Origin: Pseudobdellovibrionaceae bacterium
GTDB taxonomy: Bacteria > Bdellovibrionota > Bdellovibrionia > Bdellovibrionales > Bdellovibrionaceae
Assembly (NCBI GenBank): GCA_039810425.1
Contig: JBDHWW010000029.1
Location: 1 to 37,287, forward strand
DNA: 37,287 nt
Direction: 5' to 3'
Part shown: positions 1 through 8,488 of the stretch, piece by piece
Numbering within the stretch: position 1 is the first letter of the stretch
Layout of the letters: the number at the start of each line of letters is the position of its first letter
Notes under the pieces: generated by a model
Told to the model about the DNA's origin: nothing
The model's input: only the letters and a program-made list of their open reading frames with translations
Databases searched by the model: none
Made by a program: the position numbers and the translations under genes

Positions 1-52
1 GTCCGTCTTTGCCCATCTCCTCAGACTACAATTTTTCTGGGAAAAATGCAAA

Positions 53-307
53 CTATGTATTGCTCTGGTTAATAATATCCACGGGAACGCCGCTAAAACA
101 GCTCCCGGTGACGACGACAGTATTCGTCGCAACCGTGTCGATGGTTGGGTAAAGAATGACAGGACCATCATTCACACCAAACTTCGCTGAGGTGTCTGGG
201 GCTTTACAGGCCACGTCCTGGCCAAGAAAGGTGAGTTTTGAGCACGCCGTTGTCGTCATCAAAGCGGTGAAGCCAAATAGCAGCGTGAGTGTTTTAATTT
301 GAACCAT
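53..307 (-). CDS. Short predicted lipoprotein, possibly a truncated remnant of a larger surface protein
   Basis: GGGGGA RBS before ATG; hydrophobic N-terminus ending TTTAC (lipobox-like); stops shortly after VVVTGSCFSGVPVDI, which looks like the start of a beta-rich domain. Confidence 0.55.
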   Translation of the reverse strand: MVQIKTLTLLFGFTALMTTTACSKLTFLGQDVACKAPDTSAKFGVNDGPVILYPTIDTVATNTVVVTGSCFSGVPVDIINQSNT

Positions 308-342
308 GAACGTCCCCCGTAGACCTCGTCAAACCTTAACGT

Positions 343-358
343 TGCAAAGACAGGTCCA
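343..358 (-). promoter_or_regulatory. sigma54-type -24/-12 promoter for the 53..307 gene
   Basis: Minus strand TGGACCTGTCTTTGCA = GG-N10-GC with TTGCA, about 35 nt upstream of the ATG. Confidence 0.5.
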
Positions 359-680
359 TCCGGGAGACCCGGTGTCAACAGATCAAGCCTTGGGAAACAC
401 TTGGCATTCTCATTGTGAAATTTTTGTTTTTTTGCGCAAACAATGACGATCGATAAGATTGAAACACTTTCACTGATCTTCGTTATGTTCCTCGCAAATT
501 CGAGCAAGGGCTTTGCTCTTTCAATGCGATCAGGGGCGCTCCCGCAGCACCGAAAATGGAACAATCTAGAACTTACCGCCGGAACTGGGTACGCACCGGC
601 ATCAAAGATGCGTTCTCAAAAAACATGTCACAGGAAATTGTCAAAGCCTTGGCGTCGTCAAGAGGGGCCTTTCCGCAAAC

Positions 681-713
681 AAAAAAAACCGGAGCCTCTT
701 CGACTCCGGTTTT
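681..713 (-). terminator. Rho-independent terminator of the S8 protease gene
   Basis: Minus strand AAAACCGGAG-TCGAAGAGG-CTCCGGTTTTTTTT: GC-rich stem plus T8 tract about 30 nt after the stop codon. Confidence 0.85.
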
Positions 714-744
714 GGTGTTATTTCACTCTGTGGTTAGAGGCTGA

Positions 745-2637
745 TTATACTTTCATCAAACCCGCGGTCCACTTCTGGATCATGGCCAGAGTTGACTGCT
801 CGGCACCTGCGAACTGAACCCCGTAAGATTGATTCGCTTCGTTCCACACGACTTGACCTGTAACCTCTACGAGGTCCCGGCCATCCGGGCTTGCGATCTT
901 CATAGTGATAATTCCGCCCTTTTCGAGGGCTTCGTCCGCGCTGAACGACGCACCACCGAGGGATATCGTCTTGAGGGAACCGGAAAGCTCGCGGTCTCCG
1001 ACCATAAGTCTGATGTCGGAATCCATTTTGAAGCGCTCGAACTTACGGCGGCCTGCTGGATCAGCGGCTTTTTGTTTTTCCAGGGCGCGCTGTCTGAGAA
1101 CAGTCCACACGATCACTGGGATTAAGAACAGGCCCGCCAGCACACCGGCGCCACTGAAGCCGTCCTTATTGTTGCCTGGCCCTTTCAACAACGCCGTTGA
1201 AACCATTCCACAACCCGGTTTTGGCGGAGTTGCTTCAGAGGCAAGACCCCGGGCATCGGCTTGATAGACCGGAGAGTAGTCCGGCTGATTTGCCAACACA
1301 TTTGCTTGGGCCTTTGCTTCAACGATCAAGTTGTAGGAGTTAATACGCGCCGAAGTTGAAACTTTTCCAAGCAAGCTTGAAACCGCAGTCGCCTTCGCCA
1401 TCATGATGTCTTTAATTTGATAACCCGTGAGATACGGAGCTTCTCGCATGGCAAGAGCCGCCATCCCAGCAACGAACGGCGTCGCCATGCTCGTGCCAGA
1501 CATAGTGCCCGTGCGATTGTTCGGCAAAGTACTCAAGATCAAAACCCCTGGACTCGCGATTTGCACTGAGCGGGAGCCGAAGTTCGAGAAACTTGCCAAG
1601 TAGTCGTAGTCTGTTGTTGCCGCTACTGAAACGTTTGAAGGCACGTCGTAGTTTGCTGGATACATGGAAACCGCGTCGTTGTTTTTACTGTTGTTACCCG
1701 CCGCCGTGGCGATGAACATACGGTTTGAGTACGCGAAAGTCAGAGCCTCATGGAGGGCGCGGCTGTAAGACGACCCCCCCCAAGAGTTATTAATCACGCG
1801 TGCACCATTATTCACCGCATAGTAAATCGCGCGGATGGCGTTAGATGTTGTCCCTGAGCCGTTCGCATCCAGGAACTTCAAAGGCATAATGCGCATTTTC
1901 GCAGTTTCAGTGATGGGATTTGCAAAGATATTAAGACTGGTGCCGACGATGATACCGGCAACGTGGGTCCCGTGGCCGTCGTCATCATAGTAGTCCGGCG
2001 TGTTGTTGATAAAGTTCCAGCCGTTGATGTCATCGATATAACCATTATAGTCATCATCGACCCCGTTTACGACTTCGCGGGTATTCACCCATAAGGCGTC
2101 GGAACTTGTAAAGACCGGATGGTTCTTATCCAGCCCCGTATCAACGATGGCCACGATCGGACGGTAGGTCGTTGACGTCGACTCAACCGCCCAAGCGTCT
2201 GATACTTTGGTCTGCGCGCCGTTCTGCGTATAGGCCGTCGCTGAAGGCGACACCTGATCTAAAGCTTGAACTTCACTGGCTTCATAAACCTTGTCGGGCG
2301 CGCCAAGCCCCGCACGGTCGTCAAAGTCTGATTTCTTAAAGACAAAGTTGGGTTCGATGTATTCAACATCCGGATCACTGGATAACTCTTCAATAGAAGT
2401 GGTGTCGGCAGAGCCGCCCTTCAACGAGATATGAACCATGTTCATCTGTGGAAAAGAGCCCTTCATATTGATTTTACTCGAGACCTTATTCAGGGCACCC
2501 GACGGCGCCGCCATCGGTTTGAACTTTACGATGTACTCCCCCGGCACCGTTTCCGGACCGGAAGATTGGGCATTGGCCATAGAAAGGCCGACAAAAAATG
2601 CAAATATCGTTGTAAGCATTGCCGAATGACTATCCAC
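745..2637 (-). CDS. Subtilisin-family (S8) serine protease with I9-like propeptide, C-terminal TM helix and PilZ domain
   Basis: Signal peptide (ANA-Q); propeptide VPGEYIVKFK...DPDVEYIEPN; catalytic motifs AIVDTG, HGTHVAG, AAGN, GTSMATP; TM GVLAGLFLIPVIVWTVL; PilZ-like RRKFER ... TISLGG ... GQVVW ... YGVQF. Confidence 0.92.
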   Translation of the reverse strand: MDSHSAMLTTIFAFFVGLSMANAQSSGPETVPGEYIVKFKPMAAPSGALNKVSSKINMKGSFPQMNMVHISLKGGSADTTSIEELSSDPDVEYIEPNFVFKKSDFDDRAGLGAPDKVYEASEVQALDQVSPSATAYTQNGAQTKVSDAWAVESTSTTYRPIVAIVDTGLDKNHPVFTSSDALWVNTREVVNGVDDDYNGYIDDINGWNFINNTPDYYDDDGHGTHVAGIIVGTSLNIFANPITETAKMRIMPLKFLDANGSGTTSNAIRAIYYAVNNGARVINNSWGGSSYSRALHEALTFAYSNRMFIATAAGNNSKNNDAVSMYPANYDVPSNVSVAATTDYDYLASFSNFGSRSVQIASPGVLILSTLPNNRTGTMSGTSMATPFVAGMAALAMREAPYLTGYQIKDIMMAKATAVSSLLGKVSTSARINSYNLIVEAKAQANVLANQPDYSPVYQADARGLASEATPPKPGCGMVSTALLKGPGNNKDGFSGAGVLAGLFLIPVIVWTVLRQRALEKQKAADPAGRRKFERFKMDSDIRLMVGDRELSGSLKTISLGGASFSADEALEKGGIITMKIASPDGRDLVEVTGQVVWNEANQSYGVQFAGAEQSTLAMIQKWTAGLMKV

Positions 2638-2661
2638 TCATGCTCCCTTGATGATAGGTAT

Positions 2662-2689
2662 TTATCGGACAATGGTCGGGAAGGCTTTA
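2662..2689 (-). promoter_or_regulatory. sigma28 (FliA)-type promoter for the S8-PilZ gene
   Basis: Minus strand TAAAG-N15-TCCGATAA, upstream of AAGGGAG RBS. Confidence 0.7.
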
Positions 2690-2805
2690 GGCCTCTTTCG
2701 CCTCAGACTGGGATGGATGTGGAAATCTCAAAATGTTTACGTATGTTCACACCCATTCGCTTTGGGCTACCAATCAAAATGAGACTCTAATAGAATGGTT
2801 TCAAT

Positions 2806-3426
2806 ATGAATCACTTCCTCAAAACACTCCGTCAGATCTTCCTTAAGGGTCTTTTCACCTTCTTGCCTATCGCCGTGACGATTTACATCATCTACGCCGG
2901 TATTGTGATCATGGAAAGCATGCTGGGAACAACCATCCAGCGCTTCTTCCCGTCTTTATATGTTCCAGGTATCGGTTTGCTGCTGACGATTGTGTTTATT
3001 TTCATGTTGGGGCTTCTCCTGAACAATATCCTGACCGCGAGTTTCTTCGGAAATATCGAAAGGCAGTTGATGAAGGTGCCCTTTATTAAGGCGATCTACT
3101 CCCCGCTCAAGGACGTGATGAACCTATTCTCACAAAATGGTTCAAAAGATCTCAAAAGTGTCGTGCTGGTTGAGGTCGGCGACATAAAAATGCTGGGTCT
3201 CGTGACCCGTGATGACTTTAGCGACCTCAAAGTGAATGGCCATCTCGTTGACCGCGTGGCGGTGTTTGTTCCACTGAGCTACGGTTTGGGCGGCTACACG
3301 ATGCTCGTTTCGCGTTCAAAGATTACAGAAATCGACATGCCGGCGGAAAAGGCCATGAGCCTTGCCATCACGGGCTGGGTAAAAGTAGCGCACAAAAATG
3401 ACGGGGACAACCGAGGAGAGCACTGA
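2806..3426 (+). CDS. DUF502 family membrane protein
   Basis: FLKGL..LPIAVT N-terminal TM, second TM, KVPFIKAIYSPLKD, VLVE, VAVFVP...GG, AMSLAITG pattern. Confidence 0.85.
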   Translation: MNHFLKTLRQIFLKGLFTFLPIAVTIYIIYAGIVIMESMLGTTIQRFFPSLYVPGIGLLLTIVFIFMLGLLLNNILTASFFGNIERQLMKVPFIKAIYSPLKDVMNLFSQNGSKDLKSVVLVEVGDIKMLGLVTRDDFSDLKVNGHLVDRVAVFVPLSYGLGGYTMLVSRSKITEIDMPAEKAMSLAITGWVKVAHKNDGDNRGEH

Positions 3427-4826
3427 TGAGTGAACCGGCAATGACGACTCTGAACAAGGCCCACCGGATTAATCTGAATCCGGCGGTCTACGGCACCTTC
3501 GCTGAGATCGGTGCCGGCCAAGAAGTGGCGAGACATTTCTTTGTTGCCGGAAAAGCCTCCCAGACAGTTGCAAAAACTATCTCCGCTTACGACATGACCT
3601 TCAGTGACGAGATCTATGGCCGCGAAAAGCACGGCCGGTATGTTTGCGAATCCCGCCTCGAAAAAATGCTGGGCCACGAATATTCCCTCTTAGTGGAGCG
3701 GCTCAGCGGCAAGCGTGGCCCGCAAACCCAGTTCTTTACTTTTGCCAACACGGTGGCCACCGGCTCCGCCAATGACAAAAAATACTGCCATGGCTGGATG
3801 GGCGTTCGCTTCCAAAGACGACCGCAAGGACCTTTCTGCGATATCATCCTGCACGTTCGCATGCAAGACCGTCACCGCCTTCAACAACAAGAGGCGCTCG
3901 GCATCCTCGGTGTAAACTTAGTGGATGCGGCTTTCTTTCATACCGATAACGCCGAAGAGTTCATTCCTTGCCTGGTGGACAATCTTAAAGAAGGCCAGAT
4001 CATCATTGATGTTTTGCATTTCAAGGGCGATGATCTGAAGCATTTCAATCCGCACCTCATGAACTTGGAACTCGTCCGCCGCGGCCTCTCTGAAGCGGTT
4101 CTGTTTGGCCCGAATAAAGAGATTCTGCACGTGTCGGATGCGGCCTATAAAAAGGCGTTGCTTATCCAGCGCGGTACTTACCGCCCGGTCACAAAGACCC
4201 ACTTGGATGTTCTCAGCAAAGGCATCACGCACTTTAAAAAAGATTTCAATTTGAAAGACGACCAGTGCCTGCCCGTGATGGAGCTCACGATGAGGACCTT
4301 GCAGCAGCCTGATGGCGAAGTCGACACCAAGGACTTCCTCGATCGCATTGAAACTCTGTGCGGCTTAGGCCAGCACGTTTTGGTTTCTAACTTCTTCTAT
4401 TTTTATTCTTTGAAAACTTTCATCCGCCAGTACTCGCAAGAGCCCATGGCGATTGTACTCGGCGCTTCCCATTTAGACCGCGTCTTTGATGAGACCCGTT
4501 ACAAGAACCTGCAGGGGGGTATCCTTGAGGGCCTTGGCAAGCTTTTAGATGCCAAGACAAAACTGTACGTTTACCCCCACAAGACGGATATGACGTGCAT
4601 GACGGCGAAGAGTTTCTTTCCCGCTCCGGCTTTAAGGCATATCTACACTCACTTCAAAGACAGTGGTCAGGTTTGTGACATTGCGGGCTGTGATGAGACC
4701 GAAATGTACACCCACTCGGATCAGGTGCATGACATGATCCTCAAAAAAAACCCCCAGTGGGAGACTCTCGTTCCAACCGGGGTCCGGGATCTTATTCGCG
4801 CCAAAAAATTATTTGGATACCAGTAA
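3426..4826 (+). CDS. Conserved cytoplasmic protein, CinA-like N-terminus plus nucleotidyltransferase-like C-terminus (family often mislabelled TonB-dependent receptor)
   Basis: INLN..VYGTFAEIGAGQEVARHFF.AG.AS.TVAKTISAYDMTFSD.IYG signature; RGTYRPVTKTH resembles the GxFxPxT/HxGH region; no signal peptide or barrel; TGATG overlap with the DUF502 gene. Confidence 0.7.
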   Translation: MSEPAMTTLNKAHRINLNPAVYGTFAEIGAGQEVARHFFVAGKASQTVAKTISAYDMTFSDEIYGREKHGRYVCESRLEKMLGHEYSLLVERLSGKRGPQTQFFTFANTVATGSANDKKYCHGWMGVRFQRRPQGPFCDIILHVRMQDRHRLQQQEALGILGVNLVDAAFFHTDNAEEFIPCLVDNLKEGQIIIDVLHFKGDDLKHFNPHLMNLELVRRGLSEAVLFGPNKEILHVSDAAYKKALLIQRGTYRPVTKTHLDVLSKGITHFKKDFNLKDDQCLPVMELTMRTLQQPDGEVDTKDFLDRIETLCGLGQHVLVSNFFYFYSLKTFIRQYSQEPMAIVLGASHLDRVFDETRYKNLQGGILEGLGKLLDAKTKLYVYPHKTDMTCMTAKSFFPAPALRHIYTHFKDSGQVCDIAGCDETEMYTHSDQVHDMILKKNPQWETLVPTGVRDLIRAKKLFGYQ

Positions 4827-4840
4827 GTGCGAAGCCCCGT

Positions 4841-5620
4841 TTAGATCCACAGGGCTGTGCGCATGGAAATAGCGGCCATTTGATAGCCCTCGATAGGAAA
4901 GCTGAGGGTGTCCTTTTCATCCGTGACTGCCAGGGCGTAAAGCAGAGGTAAGTAATGCTCGGAAGTCGGAACCGCCATCGCCGCATCTTCAGGCCATACC
5001 TTGCCGTAGTCGATGAGCTTTTGCACATCGCGCTCTTCCATGGCTTTTTTGACGTTCGTATCAAAATTCAAAGACCACGCATAGGGCGCCGGATCGCCAT
5101 GCCACTTCACCGCGCGCAGGTTGTGAACAATATTGCCACTGGCGACAATCATCACCCCTTCTTCGCGAAGGCACTTTAAACCCTCGGCAAACGCGTGATG
5201 CTCAGCCGGCGTAAAGAGTTCATTCAGACTCAGCTGTAAAACAGGAATATCTGCTTTAGGAAAAAGATGAATGAGCACCGACCACGCACCATGATCCAAG
5301 CCCCACGCCTTGGTCATTTTAACAGCCGGCATGAGCTCACGAATTCGATGCGCAAGCTCAGGCGCACCCGGCGCAGGATACTGGGTCTTAAAAAGTTTCT
5401 CTGGAAATCCATAAAAATCATGAATCGTCTGCGGCTTATCAACACTCACCACCTGAGTACCAGAGCTTTGCCAGTGGGCAGACACAACCAGAATGGCTTT
5501 CGGCCGAGGGAGGGATCCACCTAGCTTGGCAAGAGCATCACCAAATTCAGTATGCTCTATTGCATTCATAGGAGACCCATGGCCGGCAAACAAGACAGGC
5601 ATGCGTTTTGAGTTGGTCAT
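4841..5620 (-). CDS. ygiD: 4,5-DOPA extradiol dioxygenase (LigB/YgiD family)
   Basis: MPVLFAGHGSPMNA, SAHW, TIHDFYGFP, WGLDHGAW, SGNIVHNL, PTSEHYLPL motifs. Confidence 0.92.
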   Translation of the reverse strand: MTNSKRMPVLFAGHGSPMNAIEHTEFGDALAKLGGSLPRPKAILVVSAHWQSSGTQVVSVDKPQTIHDFYGFPEKLFKTQYPAPGAPELAHRIRELMPAVKMTKAWGLDHGAWSVLIHLFPKADIPVLQLSLNELFTPAEHHAFAEGLKCLREEGVMIVASGNIVHNLRAVKWHGDPAPYAWSLNFDTNVKKAMEERDVQKLIDYGKVWPEDAAMAVPTSEHYLPLLYALAVTDEKDTLSFPIEGYQMAAISMRTALWI

Positions 5621-5646
5621 AAGGGTCTCCTTTCAAAAGTTAAAGC

Positions 5647-6252
5647 CTATTTCGCAGCAGGGGCTTTTTCTTTGATCGCTTCGACTCTCAAATCAAGAGT
5701 CACTTCGTCGCCCACGACCGGGCCGATTTCAACTGCTTTAGACCAATTCAAGCCATAGTCTTTGCGGTTGATTTTAGTAGACGCGCGGAAGGCAACACGG
5801 TCGTTACCCCATGGATCTTTCACCGTACCTGTATACTTTGCCTCCAAAGTCACAGGCTTCGTCACGCCATGAATCGTCAAATCGCCGGAAATCTTCAAAG
5901 CTTCCGGAGTGCCCGTGACTTTCTTAGACTTAAACGTCAATTTTTCGAATTTCTTCGCATCAAAGAATTCTGGACTGCGCAAGTGTTCGTCACGGTCCTT
6001 GTTATCCGTGTTGATTGACGCCGCCTTGATCGACACCTCGAGAGTCGACTTATCCAACTTCGGATCAATTTTGATGGTGCCTTCAAACTCCGTGAATTTC
6101 CCTTCCACGGTTGCAACCACTAAGTGCGTCACTTCGAAGCCGACTTTTGAGTGAGCGGTATCGAGTTTGTAAGTTCCCTCTGGAATTTTGGTTTCTGCCT
6201 TTGCCATAAAGCCCACTAAAAGAGCGGGAGCGATTAAGGTCATGAGTTTCAT
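5647..6252 (-). CDS. yceI: YceI family periplasmic lipid/isoprenoid-binding protein
   Basis: Signal peptide; LDTAHSKVGF, SINT.NKDRDEHLRSPEFFD, GDLTIHGVTKPV, INRKDYGL. Confidence 0.92.
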   Translation of the reverse strand: MKLMTLIAPALLVGFMAKAETKIPEGTYKLDTAHSKVGFEVTHLVVATVEGKFTEFEGTIKIDPKLDKSTLEVSIKAASINTDNKDRDEHLRSPEFFDAKKFEKLTFKSKKVTGTPEALKISGDLTIHGVTKPVTLEAKYTGTVKDPWGNDRVAFRASTKINRKDYGLNWSKAVEIGPVVGDEVTLDLRVEAIKEKAPAAK

Positions 6253-6311
6253 AAAGTCATTCCTCCTGGTTTGTTGACTTGTTCACAGGACCTATCCTAG
6301 CCCTCTTTAAG

Positions 6312-6362
6312 TTGTTGCGATAGGAGACAGAATCAAGATATACTGTTTCATAGGTGCAACAA
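6312..6362. promoter_or_regulatory. Putative LysR binding sites in the divergent yceI/lysR promoter
   Basis: TGTTGCGATAGGAGACA (TGT-N11-ACA) and TGTTTCATAGGTGCAACA, both containing T-N11-A; outer inverted repeat TTGTTGC...GCAACAA. Confidence 0.55.
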
Positions 6363-6364
6363 TA

Positions 6365-7252
6365 ATGAGTATCGATCTAAACCAAATATTGATATTTACC
6401 AAAGTGATAGAGACCGGAAGCTTTACGAAGGCGGCCGCGTTGTTAAAACAACCTAAGTCGAGAATCAGTCGAAGACTCGCTGCGCTAGAAAGAGCCCTCG
6501 GCACTCAGCTCCTCTATCGCACAACACGACAACTCCAACTCACCGAAACCGGTAAAGACTATTACCGCCGCTGCGCCCCCTTGATTCAGGATCTTGAAAA
6601 CGCGAACAACGCAATGACTTCACATGCGGAGGAAATCAGCGGTACGCTTCGTATCACGGCCCCCGAAGACTACGGCAAGCACATCGTTGTGCCACTCATT
6701 GATGAATTCATTAAGAAACACCCCAAGGTCAAAGTCGAAGTGATCCTGTCCGGCGCCTACTTGGATCTCGTGAAGGAATCCATCGACGTCGCTTTTCGTA
6801 TCGGGAACCTGAAAAATGCCGCCATGAAATCAAAACGCATTTCAAGCATTGTCTCGATCCCCGTGGCGGCACCCGCGTTCTTAGAAAAGCAACCGCCGAT
6901 CACAAAACCGGAGCAACTGTCACAAGTGCCGTGCTTGAGCTTCCGCGCAGGAGCGCGTGATCAGTGGCGACTCCGGCGTGAAAGGCAAGACGTGAAGGTG
7001 AAAATCCAAGGACCGATCTCGTCAAACTCACCGGAGTTCATCTATCACTGCACATTGCTTGGCCGGGGCGTAGGTCTGGTGCCGGAGTTCTTATGTTCCG
7101 AGGCCCTCCAGAGCGGCCGCTTGGTCCAGGTGCTAAAAGGCTGGAGTTCGGAATCCATCCCGATCCATATTCTCACTCCGGTACAAAAAGACATTCCACT
7201 TAAGACCAAAGCCTTTATGGACTTTGCCGCCGAACGATTGCAGCTTGCCTAG
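6365..7252 (+). CDS. LysR-type transcriptional regulator (CrgA/DmlR-like)
   Basis: GSFTKAA..L..PKSRISRRLAALE..LG..LL.RTTRQL.LTE.G HTH; GTLRITAP; DLV.E.IDVAFRIG. Confidence 0.95.
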   Translation: MSIDLNQILIFTKVIETGSFTKAAALLKQPKSRISRRLAALERALGTQLLYRTTRQLQLTETGKDYYRRCAPLIQDLENANNAMTSHAEEISGTLRITAPEDYGKHIVVPLIDEFIKKHPKVKVEVILSGAYLDLVKESIDVAFRIGNLKNAAMKSKRISSIVSIPVAAPAFLEKQPPITKPEQLSQVPCLSFRAGARDQWRLRRERQDVKVKIQGPISSNSPEFIYHCTLLGRGVGLVPEFLCSEALQSGRLVQVLKGWSSESIPIHILTPVQKDIPLKTKAFMDFAAERLQLA

Positions 7253-7288
7253 CCTCTTTCATTTTTCGCTCCCTATTTCAAAAACTTA

Positions 7289-7316
7289 TAAAGTCAACGC
7301 GCCTAAATACCGATTT
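7289..7316 (+). promoter_or_regulatory. sigma28-type promoter for cpaF
   Basis: TAAAG-N15-ACCGATTT ending 7 nt before the ATG at 7324; same spacing as the site at 2662-2689. Confidence 0.55.
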
Positions 7317-7323
7317 TTTAAGC

Positions 7324-8451
7324 ATGAAAGACGACGGACAAAACGGCCCTGCGGGGCTCAATGCAGGAACCATCGATATCACTACTTCTGACTGGAAGTC
7401 AGAAGCGGGACCCATCAAAGTTTATCTGAATGACAAAACGATTTCTGAAATCATGGTGAACCGCTGGGATCGCATCTTTGTCGAAAGAAACGGCCTTATC
7501 CAAGAAGGGGAACATAGCTTTCAAAATGCGGAAGCTCTCGCTCGCCTTGTGCGCGCGCTGGCGGTGACCGTCGGTAAAGAATTGAATCGTCGTGTTCCTT
7601 ACTTGGATGCCCGCCTGCCCGACGGCTCGCGTTTGCACTTGGTGGTTCCACCGGTGGCTCTCGATGGCCCAACAATTACTATTCGTAAATCCTCGGATCA
7701 CGTCATGAGTTATCAGGAACTCATTCAAAAAGGTTCTATCGACGGCAAAGCGACTTTCTTTTTAAATCGCGCCGTTTATGCAAAACAAAACATGGTGATC
7801 AGTGGCGGTACCGGCAGCGGCAAGACGACGTTGTTGAACGTCATGAGTTCTTTCATCAGCGACCACGAGCGCGTGGTCACGATCGAAGACACCGCGGAGT
7901 TAAAACTCAACGTGCGGAATATTGTTCGCATGGAAACCAAGCCGGCCACCGGCAGCGAGCCTGCGATCACGATGGAAAGCCTTTTGAAGAATGCCCTTCG
8001 TATGCGTCCTGACCGCATCGTGATCGGAGAGTGCCGTGGTGCTGAGGCCATGGACATGCTAATGGCAATGAATACGGGCCACGAAGGCAGTTTGACGACG
8101 GTGCATGCCAATAGCGCCGCCGATGCCCTTCGCCGCATGGAATCGATGGTTCTGCGTTCAGGGATCGAAGCACCGCTTTCAATGATCCAGATGGACCTCG
8201 GCAACACGATCAATTTCATCGTTCAGGCGGAACGTTCTTTCGATGGAAAACGCCGCGTGGTCGAAATCCTCGAAATCTGCGGCCGCGATAAGGATTCGTA
8301 TATTACGCGTGAGATTTTCAAATATGATCCTGACAAAGGGTGCCTCGTATCCACGGGAATCGTGCCGCGATTCGTTGAGGCCAGCCGCGACGAAAAACTT
8401 GCCCTCAATGCGGAGATATTCGATCCCGACAAGAAGGTCCGCTTAACCTAG
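7324..8451 (+). CDS. cpaF: CpaF/TadA family pilus assembly ATPase
   Basis: ISEIMVN, DARLPDGSR, Walker A GGTGSGKTT, TIEDTAEL, ALRMRPDRIVIGECRG, MNTGHEGSLTTVHAN. Confidence 0.93.
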   Translation: MKDDGQNGPAGLNAGTIDITTSDWKSEAGPIKVYLNDKTISEIMVNRWDRIFVERNGLIQEGEHSFQNAEALARLVRALAVTVGKELNRRVPYLDARLPDGSRLHLVVPPVALDGPTITIRKSSDHVMSYQELIQKGSIDGKATFFLNRAVYAKQNMVISGGTGSGKTTLLNVMSSFISDHERVVTIEDTAELKLNVRNIVRMETKPATGSEPAITMESLLKNALRMRPDRIVIGECRGAEAMDMLMAMNTGHEGSLTTVHANSAADALRRMESMVLRSGIEAPLSMIQMDLGNTINFIVQAERSFDGKRRVVEILEICGRDKDSYITREIFKYDPDKGCLVSTGIVPRFVEASRDEKLALNAEIFDPDKKVRLT

Positions 8452-8488
8452 TGTTAGCTTCTTAGACAGTCCTTCCTTCTTTACAAAG

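Noticed and set aside
308..680. Possible c-di-GMP riboswitch or sRNA in the long spacer
   Set aside because: Only short hairpins (CCGGG-AGA-CCCGG; GAGCAA-N5-TTGCTC); no recognisable GEMM core on either strand
259..817. ORFs 259..564, 443..817 and 556..744
   Set aside because: No RBS or family signal; they overlap a terminator, promoter motifs and real genes
3426..4826. TonB-dependent receptor label for this family
   Set aside because: No signal peptide, plug or beta-barrel pattern
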